From positions 1 to 58,474 of IMG/VR virus record IMGVR_UViG_3300032083_001532: a DNA stretch of 58,474 nt; one strand, written 5' to 3'. This document shows positions 9,290-18,960 of this stretch, in pieces. The DNA is from a virus (Duplodnaviria > Caudoviricetes). The notes under the pieces were generated by a model. That model searched no databases, was not told where the DNA came from, and worked only from the letters and a program-made list of their open reading frames with translations. How positions within the stretch are numbered: position 1 is the stretch's first letter; the number at the start of each line of letters is the position of its first letter. The translations under genes were made by a program, and so were the position numbers.

Positions 9290-9742
9290 ATGACTAAAAC
9301 ACAGACGGTAGAGGCCACACCCGTGGCCGAAGCAGGGGCGTCTACAATCCCCGACCCAAAGAACGCCGCTTCGGCACCTTCACCGGATAGTTTGCCGGAA
9401 TGGATGCCAAAGCCCGTTGGGTACTCACTTCTTGTGGCAATGCCGCAAGAGCAGGAAAAAACAGATGGGGGTGTGTACATCCCTGACGAGCTTAAAAAGC
9501 GTGAGCAGTTGCAGTCGCAGGTTGCTTATGTGATGGCATCTGGGGTGGAAGCCTACTGTGATGTTGGTAAGTTTCCATATGGTCCGTGGTGCAAGCCCGG
9601 TGATTGGGTGTTGATCAAGGCATATTCAGGCACTCGCTTCACCATCAAGACGGAAAAGGGCAACCAAGAGTTCCGCTTGATTAACGATGATCAGGTTCAG
9701 GCTGTTTGCCCCGAACCCGGTGTAGTGAAGAGGGCTGCGTAA
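9290..9742 (+). CDS. GroES/Cpn10-like co-chaperonin
   Basis: KPVGYSLLV...EKTDGGVYIP mobile loop, CKPGDWV, YSGT, RLINDDQV; GGAG RBS. Confidence 0.85.
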   Translation: MTKTQTVEATPVAEAGASTIPDPKNAASAPSPDSLPEWMPKPVGYSLLVAMPQEQEKTDGGVYIPDELKKREQLQSQVAYVMASGVEAYCDVGKFPYGPWCKPGDWVLIKAYSGTRFTIKTEKGNQEFRLINDDQVQAVCPEPGVVKRAA

Positions 9743-10734
9743 TGAGTACACAAGTGGAACCTTGGGAAAACGACGAAGAACCTGAACTGGAAATCGAAGT
9801 CGTTGATGACACCCCGGAAGAAGACCAGAACCGGAAGCCGCGTGCCGAAGCCGCTGATGATCAGGATGATCTTGAAAAAGATATCGAAGGCGTCAGCGAA
9901 CGTGTGCAGAAGCGCATTGACCGGCTGAAATACGAATTTCATGAAGAGCGCCGCGCCAAAGAAGGAGCCTTGCGGGAAGCCGCTGCGGCAACTGACTTTG
10001 CAAGGCAGGCACTCGATAAGGCGAATGCAGCGGCACAGAGGTCGCAGCACGCCGAAGAAGGCTTTAACAAGTCCCGTATCGAAGGGGCGCAAGCCAAGCT
10101 ATCTGCTGCAAAGCAAAAGGCCAAAGAGGCATATGATGCCGGTGAGGCTGATGCTTTGATTGAGGCTCAGGAGGAAGTGGCAGCAGCCGCTTATGACCTG
10201 AAAGCAGCACAGGCAGAAAGCGAGCGTTGGGACGCAAGTAAGGCCCAGCGTGAACATGAACAACAGGTGATGGCGCAAGCCGCACAACAAGTCCCACAGC
10301 CAAATGGTGGCGGGGCACAAATTCAGGCACCCGACCCACGGGCTGTTAGCTGGCTGAAAGAAAACCAGTGGTTCGGGTCTGATGAGGAGATGACAGCGTT
10401 TGCCTACGGGCTTCATGAGAAGCTTGTTCGCAATGGCGTCGATCCTCGCTCGGAAGATTACTATCAGCAGATAGACACGCGCATGAGAGAGGTCTTTCGA
10501 GAACACGAATGGGAAGATGGTGGAGCCGCAAGCGCACAGCCAGAGCGTACTGCAACCAGTTCTCCCAAATCATCGACCGTTGTCGCCCCTGCATCGCGTG
10601 GTGGGGGCACGTCACAACGGCGCACAGTGCAGTTGACGGCATCCGAAGTTTCCCTCGCTAAGAAACTTGGGATATCGCCAGAAGGCTATGCCCGTCGAAA
10701 ACTCGAATATCAGGAGCAACAAGCTAATGGCTAA
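9742..10734 (+). CDS. probable scaffolding protein
   Basis: acidic N-terminus, V.KRI..L, long helical region, W...N.WF and LT..E...AKKLGIS.E.YA C-terminus; upstream of capsid genes. Confidence 0.65.
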   Translation: MSTQVEPWENDEEPELEIEVVDDTPEEDQNRKPRAEAADDQDDLEKDIEGVSERVQKRIDRLKYEFHEERRAKEGALREAAAATDFARQALDKANAAAQRSQHAEEGFNKSRIEGAQAKLSAAKQKAKEAYDAGEADALIEAQEEVAAAAYDLKAAQAESERWDASKAQREHEQQVMAQAAQQVPQPNGGGAQIQAPDPRAVSWLKENQWFGSDEEMTAFAYGLHEKLVRNGVDPRSEDYYQQIDTRMREVFREHEWEDGGAASAQPERTATSSPKSSTVVAPASRGGGTSQRRTVQLTASEVSLAKKLGISPEGYARRKLEYQEQQANG

Positions 10735-11206
10735 CAATGAAGAGCGCACATCGCAGGATCGTAAACCACGATCTGGTGAAACTCGTGAAGCGGCAACCCG
10801 CCGTCAAGCGAGTTGGAGGCAACCGGGCGTTTTGCCTGAGCCGGAAGAAGATGACCATTATGACTATCGGTGGATCAGAGCGTCCATGGTTGGACAGGAA
10901 GACCCACGTAATGTGTCTATGAAGCTTCGGGAAGGTTGGGAAATCGTTGATCCGAAAGAACAACCTGACATGGACTTAGGTCCAGCTATTCCGGGCCAGC
11001 AAAGCGACAGCGGAACAATCGCAATCGGTGGCCTCATCTTGTGTAAAATGCCGAAAGAATTCACGGCACAGCGACAGGAGCATTACGACCGGCAAAACCG
11101 GGCGCAATTGCAGGCAGTCGATCAAAACCTGATGAATGAACAGCAGGATGAACGAATGCCGATCCTCAAGCCAAAGCGTGAAACCTCCTTCGGCCCTCGT
11201 GACTAA
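10727..11206 (+). CDS. conserved head-module protein
   Basis: YRWIR...NVS.KLREGWE...GGL.LCKMP motif; CAGGAG RBS. Confidence 0.7.
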   Translation: MANNEERTSQDRKPRSGETREAATRRQASWRQPGVLPEPEEDDHYDYRWIRASMVGQEDPRNVSMKLREGWEIVDPKEQPDMDLGPAIPGQQSDSGTIAIGGLILCKMPKEFTAQRQEHYDRQNRAQLQAVDQNLMNEQQDERMPILKPKRETSFGPRD

Positions 11207-11230
11207 CCTTAACCACTAAGGAGAAAGAGT

Positions 11231-11809
11231 ATGTCTTCGACTGCTACTCCCTACGGGATGGTTCCCGTAAAAATGCTTGGTGGCCAGTATCACACGGGCG
11301 CTTTTCGTAAAATCCCAATTGCCAGCGGATATGGCACCAGCATCTTTACTGGTGATCTTGTGAAGCTGGTTGCAGCAGGCGGCGTCGAAAAAGATGTCGG
11401 CACTGACGCTGCTACGCCAGTTGGGATTTTCGTCGGGTGCGAATATACTGACCCAAGTTCCAGCCAATTCCTGCAACGCCAGTATTTCCCTGCCAGCACG
11501 GCAGCGGATGATATTATGGCGTTTGTTGTTGATGACCCTGATGTTATCTTCAAAATTCAGGCTGATGGCTCTATCACCGCCGCTGATGTTGGTGAAAATG
11601 CTGCTCTGGTTCAGACAGCAGGCTCCACATCTACTGGCAATTCCAAGGTTGCGCTTGACGCATCCTCAACCGCAACGACCAACACGCTTCCTGTTCGGAT
11701 CGTCGGCCTCTATGCCGACCCGGAAAATGCGTTCGGTGATGCCTACACTGATGTCCTCGTTAAATGGAACGCTGGCCACCAGTACGGTAACACCACAGGT
11801 CTAGGCTAG
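11231..11809 (+). CDS. capsid decoration/minor capsid protein
   Basis: IFTGDLV, GIFVGCEY and VVDDP motifs; Ala/Thr-rich; directly before the major capsid gene; AAGGAG RBS. Confidence 0.65.
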   Translation: MSSTATPYGMVPVKMLGGQYHTGAFRKIPIASGYGTSIFTGDLVKLVAAGGVEKDVGTDAATPVGIFVGCEYTDPSSSQFLQRQYFPASTAADDIMAFVVDDPDVIFKIQADGSITAADVGENAALVQTAGSTSTGNSKVALDASSTATTNTLPVRIVGLYADPENAFGDAYTDVLVKWNAGHQYGNTTGLG

Positions 11810-11821
11810 GGAGAACCAGTA

Positions 11822-12736
11822 ATGGCTATTTCACGCGCAAACCAACTCAAGCAGTTGGTTCCCGGCCTCAATGAATTGTTCGGTCAGGAGTATGATGCAT
11901 ACGAAAACGAACATCTTGAAATCTATGAGGTCGAGAATTCAGACCGGTCTTTTGAAGAAGAGACCAAATTGTCAGCATTTGGTGCTGCCCCAGTGAAGGA
12001 AGAAGGCGATAGCGTAGCTTACGATAACGCCCAAGAACACTTCACTGCCCGGTATGTACATGAAACAATTGCGTTGGCTTTTGGCATCACCGAAGAGGCG
12101 ATGGAAGACAATCTTTATGAAAGTATTTCCGCCCGGTACACCAAGGCTCTCGCCCGTTCCATGGCTTATACCAAGCAGATCAAGGGTGCCGCTTGGCTGA
12201 ACAACGGTTTCACATCCTCGGACTACAACTCCGGCGATGGTGTAACCCTGTTCAACACGGCACACCCACTGGTCAGTGGCGGAACCAATTCAAATCGCCC
12301 CACCACGGGTGCTGACTTGAACGAAACCTCCCTTGAAAATGCTGTAATTGACATTTCCGGGTGGACCGATGAGCGTGGCTTGCTGATTTCAGCGATGCCC
12401 CGCAAGCTCGTTGTCCCACCTGCGCTGATGTTTGTTGCTACGCGAATTCTGGAAAGCGAACTGCGCCCCGGAACCGCTGACAACGACACCAACGCCATGC
12501 GGAAGATGTCCAGCATTCCTGAAGGTTTCTGCGTCAATCATTACCTGACTGATGCAGACGCATGGTTCCTGTTGACGAATGTGCCTAACGGCATGAAGCA
12601 TTTCGTCCGCGTTGCCATGTCGAACAACATGGATGGGGACTTCGATACCGGCAATGTAAGGTACCGCGCAAGGGAGCGTTATTCGTTTGGCGTTTCCGAT
12701 CCGCTCGGCATCTACGGCTCGCCCGGAGCGGCCTAA
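11822..12736 (+). CDS. major capsid protein (Mu gpT-like, HK97 fold)
   Basis: MAISRA...PGLN.LFG.EY, S.RSFEEE, ARY.HETIAL.F.ITEEA.EDNLY, GDFDTGN.RY.ARERYSFG. Confidence 0.9.
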   Translation: MAISRANQLKQLVPGLNELFGQEYDAYENEHLEIYEVENSDRSFEEETKLSAFGAAPVKEEGDSVAYDNAQEHFTARYVHETIALAFGITEEAMEDNLYESISARYTKALARSMAYTKQIKGAAWLNNGFTSSDYNSGDGVTLFNTAHPLVSGGTNSNRPTTGADLNETSLENAVIDISGWTDERGLLISAMPRKLVVPPALMFVATRILESELRPGTADNDTNAMRKMSSIPEGFCVNHYLTDADAWFLLTNVPNGMKHFVRVAMSNNMDGDFDTGNVRYRARERYSFGVSDPLGIYGSPGAA

Positions 12737-12808
12737 CCAAGCGTTCTGGCCGGGGGCGCGTGTTCCCGGCCAGTAACCTACCCGATTAGATAGTTTTGGG
12801 AGCATCCT

Positions 12809-13138
12809 ATGTCATCTACTGTAGGGGAACCGGACAACGTAGGCCCCGTTTCCATAAAAACTATGCATATCCTCATTGTATTGGCTCAAGTCTTTGTCGT
12901 TCCGTCTGTCGGATGGATGATCAGCACAATCTGGGACATGCAGAAACAGATGGTTGAGGTCAACACAAAGCTGGAAACAACCCTTGGCTCCATGAACTTG
13001 AGCGACAGTTATACCAGCAGCCAAGCCACCCAAGACCAGCAAATTATTCACAACCGTATTCAGCAGCTTGAGAACCGCGTGACACGTAATGAGGGCTGGA
13101 TACGTGACAACAGCGACAACCTGAGCAAGCGCAACTGA
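12809..13138 (+). CDS. single-TM coiled-coil protein (holin/antiholin-like)
   Basis: one TM helix plus coiled coil, immediately upstream of the endolysin. Confidence 0.5.
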   Translation: MSSTVGEPDNVGPVSIKTMHILIVLAQVFVVPSVGWMISTIWDMQKQMVEVNTKLETTLGSMNLSDSYTSSQATQDQQIIHNRIQQLENRVTRNEGWIRDNSDNLSKRN

Positions 13139-13197
13139 TGCCCCTTTTCGGGAAACGACAGCCTGACGGAAAACAACAGACTGAACGGGAGCAACTG

Positions 13198-13599
13198 ATG
13201 GCTACTTTCGGAATTCGTTCGGCAGCTAATCTGGCTACGGCACATCCCTCCCTTCAAAGGTTGTTCAGGGAAGTGATCAAGCATTTTGATTGTTCTGTAA
13301 TTTGTGGGCACCGTACCGAAGAGGAGCAGAACAAAGTCTTCCACGAAGGCAAATCCAAGGTTCAATGGCCCCGCAGCAAGCACAACAGGTTGCCATCTAT
13401 CGCTGTTGATGTTGTGCCATATCCGGTGGACTGGAAAGATACAAACCGGTTCTACTACTTTGCCGGTGTTGTCAAAGGCATCGCCTCCAGTATGGACATC
13501 GACATTCGATGGGGCGGTGACTGGGATGGTGATACGGAAGTGTCTGACCAATCATTTAACGATTTACTTCACTTTGAGTTAGTTCTGAATGACGACTAA
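13198..13599 (+). CDS. endolysin, M15 family L-Ala-D-Glu peptidase
   Basis: FG.RS..NL..AHP.L, GHRT.EEQ, SKHN...AVD, RWGGDW, D..HFEL; GGGAG RBS before ATG 13198 (in-frame ATG also at 13138). Confidence 0.9.
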   Translation: MATFGIRSAANLATAHPSLQRLFREVIKHFDCSVICGHRTEEEQNKVFHEGKSKVQWPRSKHNRLPSIAVDVVPYPVDWKDTNRFYYFAGVVKGIASSMDIDIRWGGDWDGDTEVSDQSFNDLLHFELVLNDD

Positions 13600-14245
13600 G
13601 GTGACGGTCGCCATACCGACCATCGACTTTAATGTTGATATTCGCCTTGCTGGATCGCTTGTAAGTGCAAGTCATATGCTCATGGCATCAGGTAATGAAA
13701 TGGCCTTAACGGGCTTGGGGGGTTGCTCAGTTCTTCCCAAGGCACGGAATAAGTTGGTGGCTGATTTCTTGGAAACAGAAGCTGATGCGCTCATGTTTAT
13801 TGATGCAGACACGGTGTTTCCTCCTGAGAATATTTTCAGGGCTGTTAAATTTAGCGAAGGCAAGGATATCGTTGCTGGGGTGTGCCCCCTTAAACGGGAT
13901 GACGTAAGGTTCCGGGTAAGCATCAAAGAGCCATACGTGGTTGATGATGGGCTTCTTGAAGTGGAGCGTGCCGGAACAGCGTTCATGTTGATCCGCAGGC
14001 ATGTTCTTGAAGAAATGATCAAGCACTATCCTACGGCATATGATAGCGACACTGACCGCGACCATCATGTCTTGTTCGACTTCCAAGTCACTGAGGAAGG
14101 GTATCTTGGGGAAGATTACACTTTCTGTGACCGGGCAAGGAAACATGGGTTCAGGATATGGGTTGACCCTCTTATGCAATTCGATCACATCGGGCCAAAG
14201 TCTTATTCTGGACGCTTGGCTGATCACTTGGAGATTATAGAGTAA
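13589..14245 (+). CDS. GT-A fold glycosyltransferase-like protein
   Basis: ARNKLV..FL....LMFIDAD (DxD), GTAFMLI.R, GEDYTFC, IWVDP...HIG. Confidence 0.75.
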   Translation: MTTKVTVAIPTIDFNVDIRLAGSLVSASHMLMASGNEMALTGLGGCSVLPKARNKLVADFLETEADALMFIDADTVFPPENIFRAVKFSEGKDIVAGVCPLKRDDVRFRVSIKEPYVVDDGLLEVERAGTAFMLIRRHVLEEMIKHYPTAYDSDTDRDHHVLFDFQVTEEGYLGEDYTFCDRARKHGFRIWVDPLMQFDHIGPKSYSGRLADHLEIIE

Positions 14246-14317
14246 ATTTTATTTGTTAGGTCATTTGACCGCATGAATGTGGCAATCCTGCCATGGTCTG
14301 ACTAAAGGAGACTGTTC

Positions 14318-15028
14318 ATGCCTACTCACTTTACAAATGGTGTCAGCAACACGGCTGTCGGTGATCCCCTCTATGAATGGGGAATGCTTGACCCGACCAA
14401 GTGGCACACCTACTTCAACGACTTCCACACCTATGTTGCAGGTGATTGGACCATCACCACGACCGAAGCTGGTGCAGGCAGTGCGACCGAAGCACTGGCT
14501 GACGAAGCCTTTGGTGCCTTGCTGCTGACCAATGCAGCCGGTGATAACGATCTGGATTTCCTCCAGAAAGTTGGTGAAAGCTATCAGTTCGTCGCAACCA
14601 AGAAGCTGTTCTTCAAGGCCCGCTTCAAGGTTTCTGATGCCACCCAGTCCGACTGGATCATGGGTCTGCAAATCACTGACACCACACCCCTTGATGTAAC
14701 TGACGGTATCTTCTTCCAGAAAGATGATGGCGACACGAACATCGACTTCCACGTTGAAAAGAACAACACTGCGACTTCTTCTGCTGCTGTCGGCACCAAT
14801 GCCGATGACACTTATGTCACGCTTGCATTTGCCTATGAACCGGGCGGCAAGGACGGCAAGACAGAAAGCCAGTTCCACGTTTTTGTTGATGGCAATCGCG
14901 TTGCTTCTGTGGCCAACACCAATGCGCCGGATGATGAACTGCTGACTGTCAGCTTTGGCATCCAGAATGGTGAGGCTGTTGCGAAGACGATGACGATTGA
15001 TTACATCCTTGCGTCCATCGAACGCTAA
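14318..15028 (+). CDS. virion structural protein (beta-sandwich/lectin-like)
   Basis: MPTHFTNGVSN start, beta-rich, ends IDYILASIER; AAAGGAG RBS. Confidence 0.65.
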   Translation: MPTHFTNGVSNTAVGDPLYEWGMLDPTKWHTYFNDFHTYVAGDWTITTTEAGAGSATEALADEAFGALLLTNAAGDNDLDFLQKVGESYQFVATKKLFFKARFKVSDATQSDWIMGLQITDTTPLDVTDGIFFQKDDGDTNIDFHVEKNNTATSSAAVGTNADDTYVTLAFAYEPGGKDGKTESQFHVFVDGNRVASVANTNAPDDELLTVSFGIQNGEAVAKTMTIDYILASIER

Positions 15029-15039
15029 GGAGGTTAATC

Positions 15040-15693
15040 ATGCCCCGTCAATATCGCAGGACATTTACACCATCCGCAGCCGATGCGGATGGTATCTGCG
15101 CGTCCCAGACACCCGCCGCTGGCGGTGAGCAATCCCTTACCATTGGTGGGGCGCTCGCTTCTGGCGGGGCTGTGACCCTTGGAACTGCGCAGCATGTCAC
15201 CATCACAGCGGTTGGCAATGAAAGTGCCCGCACCTTCACTGTGACCGGCACCGACAGGGAGAGCCAAGCTCTCACGGAGACCATCACAGGCCCGAACGCA
15301 ACAACTGCTGCTTCCTCAAACAATTTTGCTACCGTAACCGCCGTCACAGTTGATGACGATACTGCCGGTGCGGTTACCGTTGGCGTCAATGGGTTGTTTG
15401 AAAGCGGCTGGTATTGCGCCAATCCGCGTGACCATGAAAGTAGCATCGGGTTGGCCGTTGATCTTAACGGGTCTGCTGCATACACCTTCACGGTGCAGCA
15501 TACATATGATGATATCTATGCCTCCGGCTTTGATGAAACCGCAGCAAAAACTTTTAACAGCGCTGATATCGCTGGTGCCACGGCTGATGCCGAAGGCAAT
15601 TATACAGCGCCAATTTCTGCTTTGCGTCTTGCTGTAACAACCGAAACCACTGCGGGGTCTCTTGACTTCACAGTCTTGATGGAAGGGCGTTAA
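15040..15693 (+). CDS. virion structural protein
   Basis: DGICASQ, FTVTGTD, ETITGPNA and FATVTAV motifs; AAGGAGG RBS. Confidence 0.65.
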   Translation: MPRQYRRTFTPSAADADGICASQTPAAGGEQSLTIGGALASGGAVTLGTAQHVTITAVGNESARTFTVTGTDRESQALTETITGPNATTAASSNNFATVTAVTVDDDTAGAVTVGVNGLFESGWYCANPRDHESSIGLAVDLNGSAAYTFTVQHTYDDIYASGFDETAAKTFNSADIAGATADAEGNYTAPISALRLAVTTETTAGSLDFTVLMEGR

Positions 15694-15694
15694 G

Positions 15695-16405
15695 ATGGCC
15701 TCATCTGGAACTTCAACTTTTAACCTAGATATCATCGACCTCTGCGAGGAGGCGTTTGAACGGGCTGGCATTGAAATGAGGACAGCTTACGATCTTCGCA
15801 CTGCTCGCAGGGCGCTTGATATCATGATGCTTGAGTGGCAGAACAAGGGCGTCAATCTATGGTGCACCGAAGAGGCTAATTTCTCAACGGTCCAGTCTCA
15901 AGCTGAATACAGCATTGATACTGACACAATTGATGTTCTTGAGCATGTGGTTCGCGTTAATGATGGCCTGTCCAATCAGGCTGATTATTGGCTCGACCGG
16001 ATCAGCCTTACCCGTTACGCAGCAATCACCGACAAAACCACAGAGGGTCGCCCGACCATGTGCTGGTTTGACCGCCAGATTGCCCCGAAGCTGGTACTGT
16101 ATCCTGTCCCCGACGCAGCCACGTACAAGATTTACTACTGGAAAGCTCGCCGGATTGAAGATGTTGGTGCTGATGGCTCCAATAACATGGATATCCCAGA
16201 GCGTTTCATCCCGGCCATCGTCACTGGTCTGGCTTACCAGATTGGTGTGCGCAAGCGGATGGAGGTTCCGGGGATCACGGAAACGCTTCCCTTCCTCAAG
16301 GAAGACGCGATGGAACAGTTCACGCTGGCCACGCAGGAAGATCGTGAGAAAGTGTCGCTTCGGGTCAGGCCCATGCGGTATGACCGGGGCACCACTAGCG
16401 GATAA
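15695..16405 (+). CDS. head-tail adaptor / tail tubular protein A-like
   Basis: SGTSTFNLD...EEAFER.G...YDLRTARR, EW.N.G.NLW, GRP, YPVPD, P.RF..A...GLAY. Confidence 0.7.
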   Translation: MASSGTSTFNLDIIDLCEEAFERAGIEMRTAYDLRTARRALDIMMLEWQNKGVNLWCTEEANFSTVQSQAEYSIDTDTIDVLEHVVRVNDGLSNQADYWLDRISLTRYAAITDKTTEGRPTMCWFDRQIAPKLVLYPVPDAATYKIYYWKARRIEDVGADGSNNMDIPERFIPAIVTGLAYQIGVRKRMEVPGITETLPFLKEDAMEQFTLATQEDREKVSLRVRPMRYDRGTTSG

Positions 16406-16423
16406 TTATGGCTGGTCACTATT

Positions 16424-16756
16424 GTGGGAACCTATTCCAGAGGTAAAGAAGCTTACGGATTTTGCGACCGCTGCGGGTTCAGGTACTCATATCATGAGCT
16501 TGCTCCCGAGTATTACAATCGCAATATAGTCCATAACAAGGTCTGCCCTGACTGCCGTGATCCAGATCACCCGCAGCTTCGGGTGGGCCTTGAGATTATT
16601 GATGATCCCAAGCCCCTGCAAAATCCACGCCCGGATCGCTCTCTTACAAAAAGCCGCAGCTTTTCAGGCTGGAACCCTGTCGGTGACGCTGGCGGGTACA
16701 CAACAACAACCGAGCTAACGGTGTCGCTTGGCACGGTTACGGTTTCCACGAGCTAG
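16424..16756 (+). CDS. Zn-ribbon-containing virion-module protein
   Basis: CDRCGFRY ... VCPDC.DPDHPQ ... DP.PL.NPRPD. Confidence 0.7.
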   Translation: MGTYSRGKEAYGFCDRCGFRYSYHELAPEYYNRNIVHNKVCPDCRDPDHPQLRVGLEIIDDPKPLQNPRPDRSLTKSRSFSGWNPVGDAGGYTTTTELTVSLGTVTVSTS

Positions 16757-16759
16757 AGC

Positions 16760-17413
16760 ATGGCACTCACCTATACCCAGTTAAAACAGGCAATGCAGGA
16801 CTATCTTGAGAATGATGAAACGTCATTCACGGGTAACCTTGATGTCTTCATCCGTCAGGCGGAAGACCGCATCCTTAAAGAAGTCCAGCTTCCCGTGTTC
16901 CGCAAGATCGCCACATCGGCCCTTGCCTCTGGGAACAAGTACCTGTCTTTGCCTGATGACTTCATCGTTCACTATGCGCTTGCCGCCATCAATGCCTCAA
17001 GCTCATACACTTGGCTGATCCAGAAAGAACCCGAGTTTATCAAGGAAGCCTATCCTGATGACAGCGGCTCATCGACTGGCTCCCCAAAGGTTTATGGTGT
17101 CTGGGACCACGATACAATCATCATTGGTCCTGTACTTGATGCCACTTACACTTTTGAACTTCACTACATCCATCGGCCAACAAGCATCATTGACAGTGGA
17201 GACGGAACAAGCTGGCTTGGCACCAATGCTGAGATGGCGTTGTTGAATGCCTGCCTTGTGGAAGCTTACACATATCTCAAGGGTGAAGGCGAATTGTTAG
17301 CGATTTACAATCAGCGATATGAGAGCGCCCGTGATCGTCTGAAAACTTTTGGTGAAGGCTTGCGCCAGCAAGATACTGTCCGGCGCGGCATGTTCACCAT
17401 TCAAGTGACGTAG
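16760..17413 (+). CDS. phage adaptor/connector protein
   Basis: TY.QL...QDY.EN, FI.QAE.RI, G.PK.Y, ELHY..RP.S, WLG.NA..ALL..CLVEAY..LKGE. Confidence 0.7.
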   Translation: MALTYTQLKQAMQDYLENDETSFTGNLDVFIRQAEDRILKEVQLPVFRKIATSALASGNKYLSLPDDFIVHYALAAINASSSYTWLIQKEPEFIKEAYPDDSGSSTGSPKVYGVWDHDTIIIGPVLDATYTFELHYIHRPTSIIDSGDGTSWLGTNAEMALLNACLVEAYTYLKGEGELLAIYNQRYESARDRLKTFGEGLRQQDTVRRGMFTIQVT

Positions 17414-17423
17414 GAGCGGGTTC

Positions 17424-17852
17424 TTGGCTATCATTCAAGGTACGTGTGTATCCTTCAAGGTTGAGTTGCTGAAAGCCATCCATGACTTTCAGGCGGCGGG
17501 CGATACATTCAAGATCGCCCTGTATGACGCTGACGCAAACCTGAGTGAAAACACCACGGCCTACAGCACAACCAACGAAATCTCGGGGACGGGATATTCC
17601 GCTGGCGGGGAAACCCTTACCAGTGTGGACCCGACCTCATCCGGCACCGTGGCCTATGGCGATTTTGAGAACGTAACGTGGTCATCTTCCAATTTTACGG
17701 CTCGCGGTGCGCTTATTTATAACAGCAGCAAAGCCAACAGGGCTGTTGCCGTTCTCGATTTTGGCACAAACAAAACGTCCGGGGCGACTGGCGAGTTCAC
17801 AGTTACATTCCCCGTGGCCAACAGGGAAAGTGCCATTGTCAGGGTATCCTAA
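17424..17852 (+). CDS. tail-associated structural protein
   Basis: SFK.ELL..HDF...FKIALY, TT.YS.TNE.SGTGY.AGG, TARGALIYN, VLDFG; TAGGAG RBS with TTG start. Confidence 0.75.
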   Translation: MAIIQGTCVSFKVELLKAIHDFQAAGDTFKIALYDADANLSENTTAYSTTNEISGTGYSAGGETLTSVDPTSSGTVAYGDFENVTWSSSNFTARGALIYNSSKANRAVAVLDFGTNKTSGATGEFTVTFPVANRESAIVRVS

Positions 17853-17936
17853 ACCCAAGCAGGGAGTTTCTTCGGCGCTCACTACCTAATCCAAAGCCGA
17901 TGCAGATAACTTCACCTTCAATCTTCGGAGACTAGG

Positions 17937-18359
17937 ATGGCTTCCTATAACAAATTCCAACAGTTTGTAGAGGACGTAGCCCACAAGGCTCACGATCTGG
18001 AAACAGATCAATTCACTGTAGCATTGACAGCCTCTGCCAATCCGCCGGTTGCCACCAATTCTGTACTGGCTGACCTGACAGAGATTTCCTACACAAACCT
18101 TTCTTCCCGCGACATCACCACAACATCATCTGCCCAAACTTCCGGCACCTATAAACTGACGCTGACAGACCTTGTTCTGACGGCATCGGGTGGTGCCGTT
18201 GCTGCGTTCAGGTATGTGGTGATATACAACAACACCCCAACATCGCCGCTCGACCCGCTGATCGGTTGGTATGACTATGGTTCGGACCTGACCCTTCAAG
18301 ATGGTGAAACCCTCACTATCGACTTTGATGGTTCGGCTGGCTTTATCACCATTGGATAA
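17937..18359 (+). CDS. tail-associated structural protein (distant paralog of 17424-17852)
   Basis: HDL.TD.F.VAL, YVVIYN and LIGWYDYG mirror the preceding gene's motifs. Confidence 0.7.
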   Translation: MASYNKFQQFVEDVAHKAHDLETDQFTVALTASANPPVATNSVLADLTEISYTNLSSRDITTTSSAQTSGTYKLTLTDLVLTASGGAVAAFRYVVIYNNTPTSPLDPLIGWYDYGSDLTLQDGETLTIDFDGSAGFITIG

Positions 18360-18368
18360 GGATAAATC

Positions 18369-18605
18369 ATGAGTAATCGTGAAGAAATCATGCGCCTGAT
18401 TGACGAGCGTGACGCGCTACGCGCCAAGGTTGACCTGATCAGGAAGGAGTATGATGCAGTCAATGCAGAGATTGCTCCCCTTGAAGAAAGGAGGCAGGAA
18501 ATCAGGAAACGCCTGATTGCGGCCAAGGGCGATAAACTGGTTGATGTTGAAAAAAAATTGGCGGCGCTGGCTCGCGCTACCGGTGGGCACGTTCTCTCAA
18601 GGTAA
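18369..18605 (+). CDS. small coiled-coil protein
   Basis: AAGGA RBS; heptad-like charged sequence. Confidence 0.6.
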   Translation: MSNREEIMRLIDERDALRAKVDLIRKEYDAVNAEIAPLEERRQEIRKRLIAAKGDKLVDVEKKLAALARATGGHVLSR

Positions 18606-18642
18606 CTATGCCAGCAGGGAATTTGACTTCGGAGTTTGATTA

Positions 18643-18957
18643 ATGAGCTTTCACGCACGATTGGTTGGTAGTACGCCAACACAGCACCGTATCCACATTA
18701 ACGCCTTGGTGGCGGCTATGGAGTTGTTCAGCTTGATTGGGCATCCGTCGGTGGCGCAGATAGAGGAGGGGTTTGATCTTGACCCGTCTGATGCGGAATG
18801 GGTGCAATTCAAGCAGATGTATGACGGAGCAACGAACAAGCGCCGTTTTTTGGCGATTGCGGCGAATTCGATGCGTTTGGCGGAAGGCGCTCATTTTGGG
18901 ATGGATGACAGCACGACCTTCTTTTCTAGGCTTACGAGCGCGACCAGCGGGGCTTAG
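18643..18957 (+). CDS. hypothetical protein
   Basis: GGAG RBS; in line with flanking + strand genes. Confidence 0.55.
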   Translation: MSFHARLVGSTPTQHRIHINALVAAMELFSLIGHPSVAQIEEGFDLDPSDAEWVQFKQMYDGATNKRRFLAIAANSMRLAEGAHFGMDDSTTFFSRLTSATSGA

Positions 18958-18960
18958 GTT

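Noticed and set aside
12746-12773. Terminator after the major capsid gene
   Set aside because: Strong CTGGCCGGG/CCCGGCCAG stem but no U-tract; more likely an mRNA-stabilising hairpin, so not called.
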